From contig JAHJSH010000035.1 in NCBI GenBank assembly GCA_018830525.1, positions 5,582 to 69,581 on the forward strand: DNA of 64,000 nt, in the 5' to 3' direction. The DNA comes from Nanobdellota archaeon (lineage in GTDB: Archaea; Nanobdellota; Nanobdellia; Pacearchaeales; GW2011-AR1). A program made the position numbers and the translations under genes. The number at the start of each line of letters is the position of its first letter. The stretch's first letter is position 1. The notes below the pieces were generated by a model. That model did not search any database and was not told the origin of the DNA. It was given only the letters and a program-made list of their open reading frames with translations. Positions 59,750-64,000 of this stretch are shown here, in pieces.

Positions 59750-60868
59750 TTAATTAAAAACGAAGAAATTTTCTAGGAAAGTTGTTGCGTAAACTCCGCT
59801 TGGAAGTGTAAATTCTAGGATTATCTTTTTCGAACCTTCGAACTCTTCATCATCTTCAACTTCTATTTGTAAATCTTTTATTTCGGTGATTGCTTTTCGG
59901 AACGAGCCCTTGATTCTTAGGTAAGGAATTTCTTTTATATCAAAATCTTCTAAGGTTAAATTGTGGCTTGCTAAAACTTGTTGTTCTATTTCTCCGAGTC
60001 TCCCGTTGAAGAATCTTGTTTTGTATCCGATGAGAAGACATGAAGTTTGTCCTTGTTTTGTAAATGTAAGTCCTTCTTCAAGTGCTTCTTCTAAAATCTC
60101 ATTGAATATTTTTGATTGAACTGCATTGACATACATCAACATACTTTTTCTTTCAGCCCTTCTGAGAGTTCCTATGAAATCTTCTGGGTTCTTCGATAAA
60201 TAATATTGAAATATTTCTTTTTGTCTTAGATTGTCGTCGGAAATTTCTTGAATAGCTTCTTCGAATTTTCTTTTGAGAATTAGCTTTCCAATTTTTACAT
60301 TGTTTCCATTTATGCCAAATCTTTGTGGTCCGAAATAATTTGGAAACCAATCTTTGCTTCGGATATGTTTTGTGATTTTCATCGCGCCTTTTTTATCAAT
60401 ATCTCTTAGGGTTATTTTGAAATGATTGCCTTCGAGATATCCCATTTTTATTTTTCGTTTATTCCAGTTAAAATTTTTTAAAATGATATTTGGATGTTGG
60501 AAATTTTTTATCTTTTCTAAATCTGGTTGGAAGATTGAGATTCGTTGGGATGTCCAAGCTCGCTTATCTTTTGATCCGGCATAGCCTATGTCAAATGGTT
60601 TTTTGTTTAGACGAATTGATAATTCTTTGATTGCGCTGAAGTGATCTATGTCTTGTTTTTCCATTTCGCACCAGAGAAATTCTTTTGAATTCTCTGAGTC
60701 TAGGACTAGCTCTGGTTGTTTGTCCCAAAGGGATGACTCCCAAAGGGATGACTCTGGTGAGCCTAATTCTTCAGAAACTTTAGCACTCCATCCGTCCCCG
60801 ATTTCTTCTACGATAAAATCTTCGACCTTGTGTTTCAATTTTGCCTGTACGATTTCTGTTTCTTTCAT
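59750..60868 (-). CDS. truD: tRNA pseudouridine synthase TruD/Pus7 family
   Basis: GYAGSKDKRAWTSQRISI (catalytic Asp motif G.KD..A.T.Q) and NYFGPQRFG. Confidence 0.85.
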   Translation of the reverse strand: MKETEIVQAKLKHKVEDFIVEEIGDGWSAKVSEELGSPESSLWESSLWDKQPELVLDSENSKEFLWCEMEKQDIDHFSAIKELSIRLNKKPFDIGYAGSKDKRAWTSQRISIFQPDLEKIKNFQHPNIILKNFNWNKRKIKMGYLEGNHFKITLRDIDKKGAMKITKHIRSKDWFPNYFGPQRFGINGNNVKIGKLILKRKFEEAIQEISDDNLRQKEIFQYYLSKNPEDFIGTLRRAERKSMLMYVNAVQSKIFNEILEEALEEGLTFTKQGQTSCLLIGYKTRFFNGRLGEIEQQVLASHNLTLEDFDIKEIPYLRIKGSFRKAITEIKDLQIEVEDDEEFEGSKKIILEFTLPSGVYATTFLENFFVFN

Positions 60869-60897
60869 GAATTGTTGAGAGAATTAGGGTATAAAAA

Positions 60898-62259
60898 CTA
60901 GTTGCCTTTGATTTGGTCGCTCATAAAGAAAACTTTATTAGATTCCACTTCGAATATTTTTTCATTTTTTTCAAAAACTGTGAGAGCTTCGGGGAGTGAG
61001 AACTTTCCTACAACTCCTACCTTGGAATAAACCACATAATTGAAAACTCTTTCTTCTCCGGCCTGCAGATCTCCAATATTCCAATGGATTCTTCGACTTG
61101 TAGCATCTATTTTGTCTGGCTTGATTAATCCGAATTTTTTGTAAATTTTTACGATTGCCGGAACCCGGTCTATAAGAGTTACATTTTCAACACTTTTTTT
61201 CGCTTTTAGGGTTAGAGTTATTTTTAATGCAAATTCTCCATTCTTTGTTTTAACGTGATGTACGGATTTTTTAACTTCGATTTTTGTTTGAGTAAATCTT
61301 TTGAAACCTAGAAGTGCGATGATTGCGAATAAAATCGTAAAAAATGGAAAGACATAATTTGTTTTTGATTTCACAATATAGGCTTCTGTAGGGTTTAACC
61401 TTTCCTTTATCCAAGTGTATTCTATCATCAAACCTTTCCTTTCAGTAATTGTAGGTTCAATATTAAAACTTGTAAACAGCCTCGAGAAAATATTCCTTTT
61501 TAATTTAACCTCGACCCCTTCAACAATATTCCCGACATTTATTTTTGTAACTATTTGTGTCCGGATGAGTAATCCAGAACTATCTTCTGTTGAAGTGATT
61601 CCTTTTTTTTCTCCAAGATACAAATTTCCTTCAATCTTTTCTATCCCCTTATCTGTTTGAAAATTTGCTTCGATGATATAAACTCCAGCTTTTGTTCTTT
61701 TGAGTTTTCCGACATCGACTACAACTGGAATTTCTACTTTTTCGTGGGGGCCAATATCGAATGTTTTTTCAAAGTCAAATAAAATTGAAGAGAATTGTGC
61801 AAAGAGATTTTCTAATCGTACGTTTTCTTTATTTTCTACATAAAAACTTACTTTCCCTGATTCTGGATCTATTGAGTCCGAGCTTACTTCTAAAATATCT
61901 CCCAAGCTTAATATTTGGATTGTGAATTTGTTGTTGATTTTTTCTACATCTCGGTGGTTTAGGGTATAGGTGAAAGTATAATATCCCTCTACATCCAGAT
62001 TTTCATTTGCAGATATTACAAAATCTTTTTCGATAGACCCTTCAGGGATGATGAACATTGCGGAAGGATTCATTGTCAACTCTGCTAGAGTATAAACATT
62101 ATATGTCCCGCCCGAAGCATTTGTGATAGAAAGAGTTAAAGTTATAGAACTATCTACACCGCTTACGAGGATGTCTGTGTCGTGTTGTTCGGAAACTTCA
62201 AGGGCGGAAACTAGACTTAGGCATAAAATTCCGATTAAAAAGAAGGCTAATTTTCCCAT
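60898..62259 (-). CDS. secreted/TM protein of unknown function
   Basis: Start moved to Met24 (signal peptide MGKLAFFLIGILCLSLVSA), about 25 nt after ATTTATAAG. One internal TM helix. Confidence 0.5.
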   Translation of the reverse strand: MGKLAFFLIGILCLSLVSALEVSEQHDTDILVSGVDSSITLTLSITNASGGTYNVYTLAELTMNPSAMFIIPEGSIEKDFVISANENLDVEGYYTFTYTLNHRDVEKINNKFTIQILSLGDILEVSSDSIDPESGKVSFYVENKENVRLENLFAQFSSILFDFEKTFDIGPHEKVEIPVVVDVGKLKRTKAGVYIIEANFQTDKGIEKIEGNLYLGEKKGITSTEDSSGLLIRTQIVTKINVGNIVEGVEVKLKRNIFSRLFTSFNIEPTITERKGLMIEYTWIKERLNPTEAYIVKSKTNYVFPFFTILFAIIALLGFKRFTQTKIEVKKSVHHVKTKNGEFALKITLTLKAKKSVENVTLIDRVPAIVKIYKKFGLIKPDKIDATSRRIHWNIGDLQAGEERVFNYVVYSKVGVVGKFSLPEALTVFEKNEKIFEVESNKVFFMSDQIKGN

Positions 62260-62317
62260 ATAAAAAATAGTCTTAATTATCTTATAAATATTGTTGTGAT
62301 TAAATGGTGGTGTTAGA

Positions 62318-62815
62318 TTAACGGCCACCGAGGTTCAGAAATGCCTTGATTTCCTTAAGGTATTCTTTTGCCTTATCCTCCAGATTGTTTTCATATTCTT
62401 CCCTTGTTGTACGTATGATATACTTTTCATAAATACCCCTTAAAAATTTGTAGAAAGGTCGGTCTTCCCACCTTTCTTCGTAATCCCGCACTAATATTGC
62501 TTTGAGAGTAATCCCTACTTCACCTTTATTCGTGCTGACCTTTTTTCCATCCCGTTCGACTTCGGCATCTTTCATTCCAAGAATATGCCATTCTACTTCG
62601 ATTACTTGTTTAAAGTAGTCAGTTATTTTTTTGGAGGCCTCCCACTTTAATATTATCTCTTTTCCAAAGCTAGAAATTTTTTCTACATATTCTTTTTCTT
62701 TTAACTTATAGCCTTCGTCTTTCAACCAGTTGAAACAAAAATTGTAGAGCTCTTTGTAATCCCAGTACCCGGTTTGCTTAATTTTTTGCTTGTACACTTC
62801 TTTCTTTTCTGCCAT
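62318..62815 (-). CDS. hypothetical protein
   Basis: 165 aa, charged. TATA-like ATATTTAAAT upstream. Confidence 0.5.
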   Translation of the reverse strand: MAEKKEVYKQKIKQTGYWDYKELYNFCFNWLKDEGYKLKEKEYVEKISSFGKEIILKWEASKKITDYFKQVIEVEWHILGMKDAEVERDGKKVSTNKGEVGITLKAILVRDYEERWEDRPFYKFLRGIYEKYIIRTTREEYENNLEDKAKEYLKEIKAFLNLGGR

Positions 62816-62855
62816 CTTAATGTAAGAGTATAGAAGGATATTTAAATGTTTTTGG

Positions 62856-64000
62856 TTAGGTGCTGTGTTGCATGATTAGGTGATTCTTAGAGTTCTTAAG
62901 TTCATGATATTGCTTTTCCCATTTATCGGTTACCTTTTTTATAGAATATTCCTTGACCTCTCTTAATGAGGCTTTTTCAAATTTTTCTCTTAATTTTTTG
63001 TTGTTTAATAGTCGGATTATTTTTCTTGCAATATCTCGGATATCATCGGGTTTTGCAATTAGTCCGTTTTTATTATGTTGGATCAATTCTGGAACCCCCC
63101 TTGAATCCACACCCACAAGGCTCTTTTTGCAACTCATTACCTCGAGTATGGACATTGGTTGATTTTCGCTTTTTGAAGCGGTTACGAAAACATCTCCCGC
63201 GTAAATATAATCAATTAAATCTTGCCCCCTCTTTATTCCAGTGAATATAGGCTCTATTTTTAATTTCCTAGAAAGTCGTTTTAGTTTTTTTAAATCAGGT
63301 CCTTCTCCCACGATAAGTAATTTAGCTTCTGGTATTTTTTCTTGGACTTTTTTCATAGATTTTAAAACGACGTCTATGCTTTTTTCATAGGAAACCCGTC
63401 CCATATATAAAACCGTTTTTTTTAGACCATATTTACGTTTGATATCGGTCTTCATTTTTATTTTTCCAATATTGACCCCATTTGGAATTTTTATGATTCT
63501 TGTTTTGACCCCTATTTTTCTTAATTCTTCTAGAAGAGATTTTGAAGGGCTGGTTACCAAATCACATTTGTTGAAAAATGCTTTGATATATTTGTCAGAA
63601 AATTTTCTTGCTATTTTAAGGTCAATTAGGAATAAATGCTTGGTGTAATCTGAGAAGAATGTATGATGAGTACCCACAAGAGGGATTCCCATTTTTTTTG
63701 AATTTATTACCGCATCCCATCCCATCGTAAAAGGGGTCTGTACGTGAATCACGTCGGGTTTAAATTTTATCAGTTCTTTGTGCGTTTGTTGGTATTTTGG
63801 AATTCTGACTTGATAATCCTTGTATGTTGGAATTGTGACGCCCCGATATTTGACTACTCGAATATTTTTATCTAGATTATACCTTTCATTACTTTTTCCG
63901 AGAGTTAGTAAAAGTACTTTATGTCCTCTGCGAGATAATTCTTTTATATGATTCAAGATTGAGGTTACTACCCCATTTGTATTCGGTAGAAATGTGTCTG
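62856..64000 (-). CDS. GT4-family glycosyltransferase, N-terminus runs off the window
   Basis: Frame stays open to nt 64000 (..DTFLPNTNGVVTSILNHIKELSRRGHKVLLLT). The ORF-track start is only a TTG. C-terminal SKSENQPMSILEVMSC resembles the GT4 E..G...lEAM motif. Confidence 0.75.
   Translation of the reverse strand, partial: DTFLPNTNGVVTSILNHIKELSRRGHKVLLLTLGKSNERYNLDKNIRVVKYRGVTIPTYKDYQVRIPKYQQTHKELIKFKPDVIHVQTPFTMGWDAVINSKKMGIPLVGTHHTFFSDYTKHLFLIDLKIARKFSDKYIKAFFNKCDLVTSPSKSLLEELRKIGVKTRIIKIPNGVNIGKIKMKTDIKRKYGLKKTVLYMGRVSYEKSIDVVLKSMKKVQEKIPEAKLLIVGEGPDLKKLKRLSRKLKIEPIFTGIKRGQDLIDYIYAGDVFVTASKSENQPMSILEVMSCKKSLVGVDSRGVPELIQHNKNGLIAKPDDIRDIARKIIRLLNNKKLREKFEKASLREVKEYSIKKVTDKWEKQYHELKNSKNHLIMQHST

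Overview
All coordinates, translations and folds were worked out by hand from the sequence. Family names come from motif recall, not database searches. This AT-rich 64-kb window reads as two differently organised blocks.

Block A (nt 1-17251):
- About 45 short, tightly packed genes, all on the minus strand except one IS200-type tnpA.
- Nearly every gene has an AAGGAG-type Shine-Dalgarno 5-9 nt before the start. Many are followed by a hairpin plus T-run terminator.
- Content is mostly small membrane or lipobox proteins plus bacterial-type markers: a PEP-CTERM sorting tail, a CsrA-signature protein and an FHA domain.
- Interspersed are tRNA-Thr(UGU), tRNA-Cys(GCA), an aberrant Arg(ACG)-like tRNA and two tRNA-like fragments.
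- The block looks phage-, mobile-element- or bacterial-derived.

Block B (nt 17588-64000):
- Archaeal chromosome. A DPANN-like lineage is only an inference from gene content.
- Markers are ribosomal proteins L10e and L35Ae, archaeal-type tRNA-Tyr and tRNA-Val, TruD, two DEAD-box helicases with RGG tails and two circularly permuted GTPases.
- Further markers are an adhesin with a class-III (pilin-type) signal peptide, TspO and rubrerythrin.
- TATA/BRE boxes sit about 25 nt upstream of mostly leaderless start codons.

Main hunt results:
1. An unannotated 44-aa Gly-Gly peptide gene (41309-41443) is translationally coupled to a Tiki/TraB/ChaN-like putative protease and an N-terminally extended ThiF/E1-like adenylyltransferase. 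This is a candidate archaeal peptide-modification (RiPP-like) or minimal peptide-conjugation system.
2. A 7.7-kb island is bounded by an exact 44-bp direct repeat of the 3' half of tRNA-Val. It carries Cys-rich secreted proteins, a lipase, a metzincin and its own conserved promoter 17-mer, but no integrase.
3. Two mini-islets sit behind tRNA-Tyr, each bounded by copies of the tRNA's 3' end.
4. GTATTCCG-type iteron clusters bracket a HerA/FtsK-like ATPase module exactly at the block A/B junction.
5. Two DUF5678-like/retropepsin-like modules face each other. One is interrupted at an in-phase U UUU UUA heptamer.

No CRISPR array, rRNA gene or integrase was found.
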